32,000 bases of DNA from the NCBI RefSeq assembly GCF_000341895.1, contig NC_020409.1:120001-152000 (forward strand). Reading direction: 5' to 3'. Position numbers and translations under genes: made by a program. This stretch comes from Pseudodesulfovibrio piezophilus C1TLV30. Its GTDB lineage: Bacteria > Desulfobacterota > Desulfovibrionia > Desulfovibrionales > Desulfovibrionaceae. A model generated the notes under the pieces. The model was given only the letters and a program-made list of their open reading frames with translations, was not told the DNA's origin and did not search any database. Positions 10,531 to 19,651 of the stretch are shown here, piece after piece (position 1 is the stretch's first letter; each line of letters starts with the position of its first letter).

Positions 10531-11546
10531 TAGGAACGCTCCTTGTACCATCTGTCCATGAAGTTCTTATACTCACCGCTTTGAACTTGATTGAGCCATT
10601 GTTGGTTTGATTCATACCATGCGATGGTTTTTTGTAGCCCTGTCGCGAAGCTGACGGTGGGGGCAAATCCGAGTTCTTCTGCTGCAAGAGCAAAATTCAT
10701 GGCATATCGTTTGTCATGGCCGGGTCTGTCGGTGACATAGGTTATAAGGCTTTCCGGTTTGCCCACTATGGATAAAAGCGTTTTAACGACATTGATGTTG
10801 GTTTCTTCTGCATCTCCACCAAAGTTGTAAACCTGTCCTTCCCGTCCTTTGAGCAGCGTCAGCTCAACGCCGAGGCAGTGATCGTCAACATAGATCCAAT
10901 CCCGTATATTCGTTCCATCACCATAAACCGGGAGTGGCCTATCATTGATGGCATTCATGTACATCAGTGGTATGAGCTTTTCCGGGAATTGATATGGGCC
11001 GTAGTTATTCGAACAACGGGTGATCAGGACCGGGAATCCATAGGTTTCAAAATATGCTCGAGCCATAAGATCAGCTCCGGCCTTGCTCGCTGAATAGGGG
11101 GAGTTCGGAGTCAGGGGGGTCGTTTCAATAAATTGTCCGACATTCCCGAGAGTACCGTACACTTCATCAGTCGAAATATGTACAAAACGGGAGACATGAC
11201 ATTGGCGTGCGCACTCAAGCAAAGTCTGTGTTCCGAGAATATTAGTGGTCACAAATGGGGCAGGATCATTTATTGACCGATCTACATGTGATTCAGCAGC
11301 AAAGTTGACAACAGCATCAAACGCCTTTCCAGACAGCAGGTCCATGAGAAGATCTCGGTCGCCGATATCTCCCCGGACAAATGAATACCGGGCTTCATTC
11401 TCCTCAAGATCAAGCAGGTTGAGACGATTCCCTGCATACGTGAGTTTGTCCAGGTTGGTGATTGACCAATCCGGGTGTTTCTCAAGCATGAGGCGTATGA
11501 AATTGGTTCCTATGAATCCGCAGCCACCGGTTATGAGTACTTTCAT
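10530..11546 (-). CDS. rfbB: dTDP-glucose 4,6-dehydratase
   Basis: 338-aa ORF with N-terminal MKVLITGGCGFIGTNF, SDR catalytic YSASKAGAD, and RfbB-like RCSNNYGPYQFPEKLIP. Confidence 0.9.
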   Translation of the reverse strand: MKVLITGGCGFIGTNFIRLMLEKHPDWSITNLDKLTYAGNRLNLLDLEENEARYSFVRGDIGDRDLLMDLLSGKAFDAVVNFAAESHVDRSINDPAPFVTTNILGTQTLLECARQCHVSRFVHISTDEVYGTLGNVGQFIETTPLTPNSPYSASKAGADLMARAYFETYGFPVLITRCSNNYGPYQFPEKLIPLMYMNAINDRPLPVYGDGTNIRDWIYVDDHCLGVELTLLKGREGQVYNFGGDAEETNINVVKTLLSIVGKPESLITYVTDRPGHDKRYAMNFALAAEELGFAPTVSFATGLQKTIAWYESNQQWLNQVQSGEYKNFMDRWYKERS

Positions 11547-11688
11547 GATGAGTGTATCGTATTGTTTTGTGGGTTATATGGCAGCATGACTACCTGAGTG
11601 ATTAGTACAAGGCGTATGGGGAAAAAACAAGAGACAGGAGAAACTGTCTTGGGTCATTGATCGTCAAGTTTGTTTGATCCGTTGAAAA

Positions 11689-12144
11689 TCAGTCCGGGAG
11701 ACCCTCTGTTTGGCGTAATGCTTCAAAGAGAAGAATGCCTGTGGCTGTTGAGAGGTTCAAGCTGCGTACTTTTCCCCAAATGGGAATTCGCACACAGGTA
11801 GGGTATTGTTCAAGCAAATCTTGTGGCAATCCCCGTGTTTCCGGTCCCAAAAGGAGGACGTCATTCGAATGGAATTGGAATTTGTGGTGAGCTGTGGCAG
11901 CTTTTGCACTGGCCAGGACCAACCGTTCGGGTTTGACCGTATCAAGGAAGACTTCGAAGTTGGAGTGAATGGAGACATCTACGTGGGGCCAGTAGTCGAG
12001 TCCGGCCCGTCGCAGATGTTTATCGTCCACCAGGAATCCTAAAGGCTCAATGAGGTGGAGCGGGGTTTTCGTTGCAGCGCAGAGGCGAGCTATGTTGCCT
12101 GTGTTCGGTGGTATTTCCGGTTCATAGAGAGCTATTTGCATCAC
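11689..12144 (-). CDS. trmL: SpoU/TrmL-type tRNA (cytidine/uridine-2'-O)-methyltransferase
   Basis: 151-aa ORF. The block ALYEPEIPPNTGNIARLCAAT...LHLIEPLGF is typical of YibK/TrmL, with a SPOUT-knot C-terminus (IPI...RSLNLSTA). Confidence 0.8.
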   Translation of the reverse strand: MMQIALYEPEIPPNTGNIARLCAATKTPLHLIEPLGFLVDDKHLRRAGLDYWPHVDVSIHSNFEVFLDTVKPERLVLASAKAATAHHKFQFHSNDVLLLGPETRGLPQDLLEQYPTCVRIPIWGKVRSLNLSTATGILLFEALRQTEGLPD

Positions 12145-12165
12145 CGGGAACTACCTTTTTCACTC

Positions 12166-12873
12166 TTAGACGTCCAGTGTGAGAGTTGCTTTACCCGGAG
12201 AATATCCTTTCAGGGTTCTGAGCATTTCCCGGATGGATGCGGAAATGATTTCTTCGACGAATGGTTTCATACCGACAGGGGCTCCATTGATATCAACGGT
12301 GATTGAATTGTGCATGGCCAAGCAAGCTTCGGGTGTGGCAACTCCCTTGACGATGTCTTCTGCCAAGCCTTTACAGTCTGGGCGTCCGCAGGTTTCACAG
12401 TCCATACCCGGCAGGAAAAACCCTTTTTCCAAAACCAGATCCCCCAGTTCTTCGATAGTCTTGCAGACTGGAATGGGCCCGAGTGTTCTTTCTCCATAAG
12501 AGCCAAGAGCCAATTCTGGATGGAGCCATTCGATTCCATCAGAAAGGTCGCCGGAGAGACAGAGGATTCTGGGCAGAAAACCAAGCTCTTTTCCGCCTTC
12601 AACGATAAGTACATCGGCAGTGAGCAAGGGAAGCAGATCAGGTAGAAAGCGATGGCCGTCCCAATGAATAAAAGTTTCATTGGGTCCTAAACCTGCGACG
12701 GTGTCACAGATTTCGGCATACCTTGTCGTATCTGTATCCTGCCAGTTGAGGTCATGGTGGCTGAATTTAGCGACTGAGACAGTCAGTCCTTGTTTCTTGA
12801 AGTATTGTGCTAACTTGATGCCCAGAGTTGTTTTGCCGGATTTTTTCGGTCCGACCAGAGAAATGGCCTTCAT
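12166..12873 (-). CDS. mobB: MobB-like molybdopterin-guanine dinucleotide biosynthesis adapter fused to a Cys-rich (putative Fe-S) C-terminal domain
   Basis: The N-terminal P-loop is LVGPKKSGKTTL. The C-terminal half carries LPGMDCETCGRPDCKGLAEDIVKG....C, resembling the RnfB-type putative Fe-S motif. Confidence 0.7.
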   Translation of the reverse strand: MKAISLVGPKKSGKTTLGIKLAQYFKKQGLTVSVAKFSHHDLNWQDTDTTRYAEICDTVAGLGPNETFIHWDGHRFLPDLLPLLTADVLIVEGGKELGFLPRILCLSGDLSDGIEWLHPELALGSYGERTLGPIPVCKTIEELGDLVLEKGFFLPGMDCETCGRPDCKGLAEDIVKGVATPEACLAMHNSITVDINGAPVGMKPFVEEIISASIREMLRTLKGYSPGKATLTLDV

Positions 12874-12891
12874 GGTGTTCTCCCGGAAGTA

Positions 12892-13548
12892 TCATTTTAT
12901 AGCGGTAATATATCCATCGGCAAGGTGGATAGTCTTGTCACTGACCTCTTCAAGCCACTTCAAGTCATGACTGGCAATGACCAAACTGGTCCCGTTGTTG
13001 GCCCGAGCTTGAAGTGCAGCTTTGCGGATACGCTCTGCGCTTTGAGTGTCCAAGCTTGCTGTCGGTTCATCCATGAGCAGGACTTTCGGTTTGAGCACCA
13101 GTCGCGCGGCAAGGGCAACTCGTTGCGCTTCTCCGCCGGACAATTCATACCATTGTCTTGCCATGAATAAGTCTGGAGCCAAGCCTACTTCAATGAGAGC
13201 ATTATGAACTTTGGTAGAAATGTCCGACTTGCCTCGTACTTTAAGGCCATAGGCTATGTTTGCGTGAACAGTGCGTTTGAGCAGGTAAGGCTCTTGTACC
13301 AATAAGGTGACTTGGCGGTGGACGGCTCCGGGTTTGGTGGAAGTGGGTGATCCCATGAATGAGAGAGTGCCCTGATTGGGGCTGTCCAAAAAGGCCAGGA
13401 GACGCAGAAGTGTGGATTTTCCGGACCCGTTGGGACCGGCCAACCCGATGATGCTGCCGCTTTCAATTGCAAGACTTTCAATATTCAGAACAGTTCTACC
13501 AGAATATGCTTGGTGAATATGGTCCAAAGTGATGAGTGGGGTCGTCAT
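12892..13548 (-). CDS. tupC: ABC transporter ATP-binding protein (tungstate TupC-like)
   Basis: Walker A GPNGSGKST, signature LSGGEAQRVALA, Walker B VLLMDEPTASLD. It overlaps the upstream permease by 4 nt and lies in an operon with TupA-like and TupB-like genes. Confidence 0.75.
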   Translation of the reverse strand: MTTPLITLDHIHQAYSGRTVLNIESLAIESGSIIGLAGPNGSGKSTLLRLLAFLDSPNQGTLSFMGSPTSTKPGAVHRQVTLLVQEPYLLKRTVHANIAYGLKVRGKSDISTKVHNALIEVGLAPDLFMARQWYELSGGEAQRVALAARLVLKPKVLLMDEPTASLDTQSAERIRKAALQARANNGTSLVIASHDLKWLEEVSDKTIHLADGYITAIK

Positions 13549-14240
13549 TGGACTGCCTTTTTTTTGAGGCCTGAAGCAAAAATATTGACGATAAGGGCGA
13601 CGGTAAGCAAGACCATGCCCAAAGCAATCCCAACGGCAAACTCACCTTTGCCGGTTTCCAGAGCTATAGCGGTCGTAATGGTCCGGGTATGCCATTTGAT
13701 ATTCCCACCCACCATCATGGATATTCCAACTTCAGAGACGATCCTGCCATAGGCGGCCATGGCTGCAAGCATAAGAGAGAAACGGGCTTCCATGATTGTG
13801 GCCCATAAAATTTGGCGTGGATTCGCACCCAAGGTGATAAGAGTCATGGGTAAGCGTGTATCAAGCCCCTCGACAGCATTGGCTGTCATGGCGATGATAA
13901 TGGGCAATCCTAGGAGGGTTTGGCCCATGGCTATGCCGGGGACGGAAAAAAGAAGGCCGGTTCCGCCCAGAGGACCGTGTTTCGTGAGGAAGGCATAGAC
14001 AAGAAGTCCAATAACGACTGTGGGAAAGGAAAGAAGAGTATCAACGATGGTTCTGACGGATTTTTTTCCTGGGAACCTTTTATGTCCGAGGAGAAATCCA
14101 AGAGGGATTCCGATTGCAAGGCTACAGGCCATGGAGAGAGATGAAGCCCAGACCGTGGTAAGAATGGCTGAATACGTTTCCGCATCACCTGAGAAGAGGA
14201 GAACGAATCCCTGGAGAAAACCTTGTAGGAGAAATTCCAT
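13545..14240 (-). CDS. tupB: ABC transporter permease (tungstate TupB-like)
   Basis: 231-aa ORF with about 5-6 TM helices, of binding-protein-dependent permease type, between the TupA-like and TupC-like genes. Confidence 0.75.
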   Translation of the reverse strand: MEFLLQGFLQGFVLLFSGDAETYSAILTTVWASSLSMACSLAIGIPLGFLLGHKRFPGKKSVRTIVDTLLSFPTVVIGLLVYAFLTKHGPLGGTGLLFSVPGIAMGQTLLGLPIIIAMTANAVEGLDTRLPMTLITLGANPRQILWATIMEARFSLMLAAMAAYGRIVSEVGISMMVGGNIKWHTRTITTAIALETGKGEFAVGIALGMVLLTVALIVNIFASGLKKKAVQ

Positions 14241-14296
14241 ACATTTCCAATGTCAGGGGGCAGGGCTTTTGGCCCTCCCCCCGTGTGAGTGTTGTT

Positions 14297-15121
14297 TTAC
14301 TGGGCGTTTGGAATGAAGAGCTTCTTGCCGAGCAGTTTGAATTCTCCGATAGCTTTTTGAGTATCAGGAGAGGCCATCCATGCGATGAATTGTTTTGCCA
14401 GATCATACTGAGCATCTTTGCAATGAGCCGGGTTCACGGCAAGAGCGCTGTATTGGTTGAAGAGAACCTTGTCTCCTTCCACCAGGACTTTGAGAGGGGC
14501 ATTACCACCATGATTATCAGCATACTTGATGTAGGTTCCACGGTCTGTCATGGTGTATCCGTTTTTTTCATTGGCGATGTTGATAGTTGGCAGCATACCT
14601 TGTCCGGTCTGAACATACCATTCAGCCTTTTCTGGAACAGCCATACCTGCAGCCTTCCACAATGAAATTTCCTTCTTGTTTGTACCGGAATTATCACCAC
14701 GGCTTGTGAAGACGGCTTTTTGAGCCTCAATGGTCTTCAAGGCATCGGTGACATTCATGCCTTTGACTCCGGCTGGATCAGATGCGGGGCCGATGATGAC
14801 AAAGTCATTGTACATCAATTCCTTGCGGTCAATAAGCACACCTTTTTCCACATATTTCATTTCAGCGCCGGGAGCGTGCACCAGGACAACATCGACATCG
14901 CAATTCTCAGCCATTTTCAGGGCCTTACCAGTGCCTATGGCGACAAATTTTATTTCGATGCCGGTATCTTTCATGAATTTGGGAACAATCAGTTCATCCA
15001 GAAGACCAGTGTTTGCAGTGCTGGTTGTGGTTGCCATCATCAGGGTTTTACCCGCCATTGCAGGCATGGCCAGCGCGAGCGTCAGAACAAGTGCCAGTGC
15101 AAAAGAGTAAAATCTTTTCAT
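14297..15121 (-). CDS. tupA: periplasmic tungstate/oxyanion-binding protein (TupA-like)
   Basis: Sec signal peptide MKRFYSFALALVLTLALAMPAMA. The mature protein starts with the TupA-type anion-binding block ATTTSTANTGLLD. Confidence 0.8.
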   Translation of the reverse strand: MKRFYSFALALVLTLALAMPAMAGKTLMMATTTSTANTGLLDELIVPKFMKDTGIEIKFVAIGTGKALKMAENCDVDVVLVHAPGAEMKYVEKGVLIDRKELMYNDFVIIGPASDPAGVKGMNVTDALKTIEAQKAVFTSRGDNSGTNKKEISLWKAAGMAVPEKAEWYVQTGQGMLPTINIANEKNGYTMTDRGTYIKYADNHGGNAPLKVLVEGDKVLFNQYSALAVNPAHCKDAQYDLAKQFIAWMASPDTQKAIGEFKLLGKKLFIPNAQ

Positions 15122-15175
15122 TGCAATCTCCGTAAACTGTTAAGTGTTATATCAACCCAAATGTCGGACTGATAG

Positions 15176-15574
15176 CTATTCGGTATCGTCTCGGTAAAAT
15201 TCACCGGATTTTTGAACATCCATTTCCAACACCTCGGAAGCTTTCCGCATGGCGTAGTTTTCTACATCCAAGTAAAAATGGAGAAATTTTTCCATGAGTT
15301 CTTTGCCGTAAGGTGAAAGGTTGAATCTTTGCCCTTTCCCTTTTGTCTTGGCGACCAAAGGTTGGCCAATTCGTTCTTCGGCATTTTTCAGTTTTCCCCA
15401 TGCGCGTCGGTATGACATCCCGAGTGCCTCAGCAGCTTTTCGAAGAGACCCGAGCTTCTGGATGTGTTGCAGGAGTAAGGTGCTGCCTATGCCAATATAG
15501 ATTTCATTCTTCTGCTCGATCCACACTCTAAGACGGAGTGTCGCTTCATTTGAATCAGTCATGGTAAATCGCAT
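15176..15574 (-). CDS. ModE N-terminal-domain-like winged-helix regulator (no Mop/TOBE domain)
   Basis: The block GSLRKAAEALGMSYRRAWGKLKNAEERIGQPLV matches the ModE-type HTH. At 132 aa it has only the DNA-binding domain. It may start at the second Met (15562). Confidence 0.65.
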   Translation of the reverse strand: MRFTMTDSNEATLRLRVWIEQKNEIYIGIGSTLLLQHIQKLGSLRKAAEALGMSYRRAWGKLKNAEERIGQPLVAKTKGKGQRFNLSPYGKELMEKFLHFYLDVENYAMRKASEVLEMDVQKSGEFYRDDTE

Positions 15575-15698
15575 GTTCCGTTTTGCTGTTAAAGCGCATT
15601 GGATTAAAATGCACTGAATAAAAATAAGTATATGCAGTACTTCACGTATTAAGTCAACTCATGGTATGAGGGGTACGATCTGGCACTGATCGAATATC

Positions 15699-16535
15699 TT
15701 ATAGGGATATTTTTTCGAAAGTGAGTGATTTGAGGTCGATGACAAAGATTGAGGCGGCAAGAAGGGAGGGGTGACCTGAGAGCAGTTGGACCGTGAGTGC
15801 CGCCATGAGCGAAGCGATGAGTGTCACAGTCGGTGCCGGGCACCCGAGCATCTCTTCCGCTGCATTGTTCCGCCCCATGATTTCAGCTGGGCCAGGTTGA
15901 CCGGGCAATATCACTCCAACATAGCCTGTCCATCCTGCCAAAGCACCGGTTACCAGAGGAATATCCACTCGGGCAGCAGCCTGCTGCAGTGCCAGCCGTG
16001 TTTCCAATCCGCCTAAAGCGTCAATGGCGATATCTGCTCCAGTCAGGAACTCCGGGAGTTCTTTTGGTTTCAGAAATAGATGGCGGGCATCGAATGATAC
16101 AGATGGGTTTATGGTGTAAGCCCTTTGGTTGGCAGCTCGTGATTTTTCCCAACCGAGAGTCTTTTGGGTAGAAAGAGATTGCCTATTGAGATTGCTTTCT
16201 TCAAATAAATCACCGTCAGCAGCTTTAATACTCCCGATTCCTGTGCGGAGAAAAATATCGAGCAGTGTTCCTCCGAGTCCACCCAGCCCTACTTGAGCAA
16301 TACTGGATTCAAGGAGTAGAATCTGTTCTTGTGCAGGGATTGCGTTTTGATTTCTCAGGTAGCGGAGAGGAGTGATTTTTTGTCGAAGAGCTTGCGCTTC
16401 AATTGAAGAACCGGGTTGAGCATGGTGCTTGGCGATTGCTGCAATTGCTTCACTTGAAATTACCTGTTGCGATTCTCCCTTTGAAGAAGAATATGGTTCA
16501 GCTTGTTCCGTTATCATATCCGCAAGGGAGATCAT
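15699..16535 (-). CDS. ThiF/MoeB/HesA-family E1-like adenylyltransferase
   Basis: Nucleotide-binding loop VGLGGLGG followed by D...ESNLNRQ, typical of the ThiF family. It starts 4 nt after the stop of the MoaD/ThiS-like gene. Confidence 0.75.
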   Translation of the reverse strand: MISLADMITEQAEPYSSSKGESQQVISSEAIAAIAKHHAQPGSSIEAQALRQKITPLRYLRNQNAIPAQEQILLLESSIAQVGLGGLGGTLLDIFLRTGIGSIKAADGDLFEESNLNRQSLSTQKTLGWEKSRAANQRAYTINPSVSFDARHLFLKPKELPEFLTGADIAIDALGGLETRLALQQAAARVDIPLVTGALAGWTGYVGVILPGQPGPAEIMGRNNAAEEMLGCPAPTVTLIASLMAALTVQLLSGHPSLLAASIFVIDLKSLTFEKISL

Positions 16536-16538
16536 GGC

Positions 16539-16766
16539 TTATCCGCCGCCTACAGGTGGGAAAAGTCCGACCCGGTCACCATTTCTGATTTCACTTTCAG
16601 GATAAGCGCGGGCAGAGTTGATGAACATGAGTGAAACTTCGGTTGCCGGAATACCGAGTTTGGTCATGAGTGAGAGTATGGTTTCGCCTGGATCTATAGA
16701 AAAATCTTCATGATTTTCAGGCAGAAATTGAGCCAATGTCGCAAAGCATTTTAGTTCTATACCCAT
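16539..16766 (-). CDS. MoaD/ThiS-family sulfur-carrier protein
   Basis: 75 aa with a beta-grasp-like pattern ending ...GDRVGLFPPVGGG (C-terminal Gly-Gly), directly upstream of the E1-like gene. Confidence 0.7.
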   Translation of the reverse strand: MGIELKCFATLAQFLPENHEDFSIDPGETILSLMTKLGIPATEVSLMFINSARAYPESEIRNGDRVGLFPPVGGG

Positions 16767-16812
16767 ATCGTCAGCCTAGACATTTGAAAACGTAAGGTCA
16801 ATACAGATTCAA

Positions 16813-16841
16813 AAAGAGACCGGGAATTTCCCGGTCTCTTT
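16813..16841 (-). terminator. rho-independent terminator after the AOR gene
   Basis: Perfect 13-bp palindrome arms AAAGAGACCGGGA / TCCCGGTCTCTTT with a 3-nt loop. On the minus strand it is followed by TTTTTG. Confidence 0.7.
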
Positions 16842-16863
16842 AAGTGACTATTTATCTTTGAAG

Positions 16864-18591
16864 CTAAACTTTTGCTCCCTGAAGTTCATCCTCATCAAGA
16901 TCCCAGATAACTCCATGAGGAGGCAGGGGATCTGTTTCAAAAAAACGTGGCAACTTGTCATCCATTTTTGTGAACCCTGCACGCTTATTGAATTCTTGTT
17001 CATCCTGCATGCAGTGTATGCCGAGATTGACCAGGTCGTCAGTCGTGAAAGTGTTGCCGGTGTAAGCTTGAACCAGATCGGCCATGGCTTGTACTCCATC
17101 AGATGCATCCAGGACAGCAAAAGCGACAAAGAGACAGAATCCCATGGAATCAATCGCCGCAGTGGCTATTTGCAAATTTTTGGAAAGCTCGACGTTTCCT
17201 TCTTTTTTGAGTCCATCAATATCTCCACCAACCTTGAGGAGGTTTTGAGCAACTCCGTATCCGGCGGTGTGGTCGGCACCCATGGCAGACGTGGCATATG
17301 TAACACCAACGCCTTTGACTGCACGCGGGTCATAAGCGGGCATGGATTGTCCTTTGACCGTTGGCAGGCGTTCGACACCGAACGCTCCGCCTGCAAAGTC
17401 AACTCCATTGCCGATGATCATTCCCATGGGGTCGTTAGTACCGACCTTGTTCAGAAGGTCAATGGCTGCTTCGCCATCTCCCCATGGAATGATGCCACCA
17501 TCCATGGCAACGGCAATAGTGTTACCCATTTCAATGGTATCCATTCCCTTCTCGTCACAGATTCGATCCATAATAGCAATTTGATCAATATCTTTGATCA
17601 GGGCATTGCCGCCAAATGCCCAGACTGTTTCGTATTCAAAGCCAGAGGTGATATATTCACCCTTGTCATTATTGTATTGCTGTGAGCATTGAATGACACA
17701 CCCAGCATGGCAGCCTTCAGTTGTTTTCCCGCCACGAGCCTCAATGTTTTCGGCAATCTTTTCACCGGAAATATCTGCAGCATGCTCGACCTGTCCATAG
17801 CGGAAGTTCTTGCCCGGCAACGCCCCTGCTTCGTTGACAACATTGACCAGCACTGAAGTTCCGAATCCTGGCAATCCTTGGCCTGTGACCGGGTGATCCT
17901 GAAGCATCTTGACCCAGGTCTTTCGGGCTGTTTTGAAAGTCTCTGGATCCGCAGCAGTAACTTTGTTGTTGAATTCAGGGTCGAGAACAAGAGCTTTGAT
18001 CTTTTTTGACCCCATCACTGCGCCTGTTCCGCCACGTCCAGCAGAGCGGGCCGGACGTTTGTAGGGGTCAGTGAACTGGATTGTTGCAGTCTTTCGAACA
18101 GTTTCGCCAGCCGGTCCGATCATGGCTGCGCAGAGTTTGTTGCCGTATTCCTCCAGTAAAATATCGTGTGCAGGATAGTTGTCCATACCAACTATCTTCG
18201 AGGCATCACGGAATTCGACTTTCCCATCAGAAATGAAAATTGTTGAAAAAGGGGTTTCGTCTGTTGGTTTGTCTTCAAGGATGATCGCCAAGAGGTTCAT
18301 CTTTGGCATTTTATGAGCAAAGAGGCCGCCAGAGTTGGATTCTTTTATGCCGCCAGTCAGAGGTGACTTTGTTCCAACAGAGACTCGTCCTGAGTTTGCT
18401 GCGGTAGAACCGCCAAGCAGGCCCGTTGCAATCACGAGTTTGTTCTCACTGGACAGCGGATGACAGTCAGCAGGAACTTCCTGATTGATAATCCTTGATG
18501 TCAATGCCCGTCCACCGAGGTTGGCATAGGTTCCGACTTCCTCAAAGGAGTACTCTTGGGTTCTTGTGTTAATTCTTAGAATTTGCGGCAT
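16864..18591 (-). CDS. aor: tungsten-type aldehyde:ferredoxin oxidoreductase (AOR family)
   Basis: About 575 aa with an AFOR N-terminal domain. The Cys cluster is EGCHAGCVIQC, with a distal DSMGFCLF Cys. ATG at 18591 preceded by AGGTGAGGA is preferred over GTG at 18603. Confidence 0.9.
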   Translation of the reverse strand: MPQILRINTRTQEYSFEEVGTYANLGGRALTSRIINQEVPADCHPLSSENKLVIATGLLGGSTAANSGRVSVGTKSPLTGGIKESNSGGLFAHKMPKMNLLAIILEDKPTDETPFSTIFISDGKVEFRDASKIVGMDNYPAHDILLEEYGNKLCAAMIGPAGETVRKTATIQFTDPYKRPARSAGRGGTGAVMGSKKIKALVLDPEFNNKVTAADPETFKTARKTWVKMLQDHPVTGQGLPGFGTSVLVNVVNEAGALPGKNFRYGQVEHAADISGEKIAENIEARGGKTTEGCHAGCVIQCSQQYNNDKGEYITSGFEYETVWAFGGNALIKDIDQIAIMDRICDEKGMDTIEMGNTIAVAMDGGIIPWGDGEAAIDLLNKVGTNDPMGMIIGNGVDFAGGAFGVERLPTVKGQSMPAYDPRAVKGVGVTYATSAMGADHTAGYGVAQNLLKVGGDIDGLKKEGNVELSKNLQIATAAIDSMGFCLFVAFAVLDASDGVQAMADLVQAYTGNTFTTDDLVNLGIHCMQDEQEFNKRAGFTKMDDKLPRFFETDPLPPHGVIWDLDEDELQGAKV

Positions 18592-18773
18592 GTTGATCCT
18601 CACCTGGTTATTGTTTCTTCAATGAAATTCGCGAAACCTTAGCTTTCCCTTGTGTGAAGTTTGACTTTTATACACAATGTAATAAAAAAAAGTCAAAGAA
18701 AAACAATGTATTATGCCTAGTTCGACATAATGCTTAGAGATTGAAGTTTCATAAACGGAAAAGGAGAGTCAGT

Positions 18774-19334
18774 GTGACTGCCATAACATGCATGAAAATT
18801 CGAATGAAAGCTGAAGGACGATTTTTATGGAATTTCATTTTGCAAAAAGGATTCTATCTATCAACATTTTCAGGAATGACAGTTCGTCAATTCATGGTGG
18901 AAACCATGAAGTTCGAGAACTCATTTGTGGACAATGCTGTCAGAACCGTTTTTCTCAACAGTCGTCCTGTTGATGATATAGATGGCGCGGTTCTTCGAGC
19001 TGGAGACTGTGTTGCATTAGGCAGTGCAATGCCTGGTCTGGTGGGGATTTGTATGGGGCGGGACAACCCTTATAAGGAATTCAGAAGTGGAATTGCGGCT
19101 GAGTCCATGAGGCTTGAAGGTGCAAGAAGCGAAGAGATTACTGTCCTTGTTAAAGTTTTCAGTACGCTTGCCGTGGAGACTGGAACTGATCTTCTTGAAC
19201 AGGGGATACGAATCAAAACGCATGACCTTACAGCTTTTCTTGAGAAGAATTCAGCGTATGTAATGAATTGGGATTCGGAGTTGTGCTTTCGGAATACGAG
19301 TGATGTCGAAATTCAAGTCGAGTTTATTGAGTAA
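18774..19334 (+). CDS. hypothetical protein, divergent from aor
   Basis: An open frame with even amino-acid composition. GTG at 18774 lies 5 nt after AAGGAGAG. No motif was recognised. Confidence 0.5.
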   Translation: MTAITCMKIRMKAEGRFLWNFILQKGFYLSTFSGMTVRQFMVETMKFENSFVDNAVRTVFLNSRPVDDIDGAVLRAGDCVALGSAMPGLVGICMGRDNPYKEFRSGIAAESMRLEGARSEEITVLVKVFSTLAVETGTDLLEQGIRIKTHDLTAFLEKNSAYVMNWDSELCFRNTSDVEIQVEFIE

Positions 19335-19520
19335 AAGAAGCGCGAGGAAAAGATGTGAAGGTTCTTATCTTTTTCATTGAGGAGAAGTAACTGAATCGAA
19401 ATTATGCACTCAAAGAGAAAGCTTGGTTGTCCAAATAAAGCGATATGTTTTACAGACATGGCTCTCAAGGAGTACCTAAGTCTCTCTCATTTTGGCATCC
19501 TTGGATTAATGGGGGACAAA

Positions 19521-19554
19521 GGAAAAAAGCCTCCAGTAGTATAACCGGAGGCTT
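19521..19554 (-). terminator. rho-independent terminator downstream of the tRNA-Val fragment
   Basis: AAGCCTCC-12 nt-GGAGGCTT forms an 8-bp stem. On the minus strand it is followed by TTTTTT. Confidence 0.6.
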
Positions 19555-19606
19555 GAAATTGAAGTCTTTTCACGAGGAAAACCTCAGCTATCGCCTTGCA
19601 ATACTC

Positions 19607-19651
19607 GAAATAAATGGTGGGCGATGGCAGATTTGAACTGCCGACTTCTAC
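19607..19651 (-). other. 3' fragment of tRNA-Val(CAC), anticodon loop to CCA; probable att site of the island
   Basis: The minus strand reads C-TTCACAC-GGTAG-AAGTC-GGCAG-TTCAAAT-CTGCC-ATCGCCC-A-CCA. That is an anticodon loop (CAC), 3' anticodon stem, variable loop, full T arm, 3' acceptor strand, discriminator and CCA. No matching 5' acceptor (GGGCGAT), D arm or 5' anticodon stem lies upstream. Confidence 0.65.

Noticed and set aside
15122-15175. A Moco/tungsten-cofactor riboswitch upstream of tupA, or upstream of aor at 18592-18770.
   Set aside because: The tupA leader is only 54 nt. The aor leader is AT-rich and lacks the GC-rich paired blocks expected for the Moco RNA motif.
16858-17685. 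A 275-aa plus-strand ORF overlapping aor.
   Set aside because: It is antisense to a strongly supported AOR gene, and no motif was recognised in it.
19445-19636. A 63-aa plus-strand ORF.
   Set aside because: It spans the terminator hairpin and the tRNA fragment and has no RBS.
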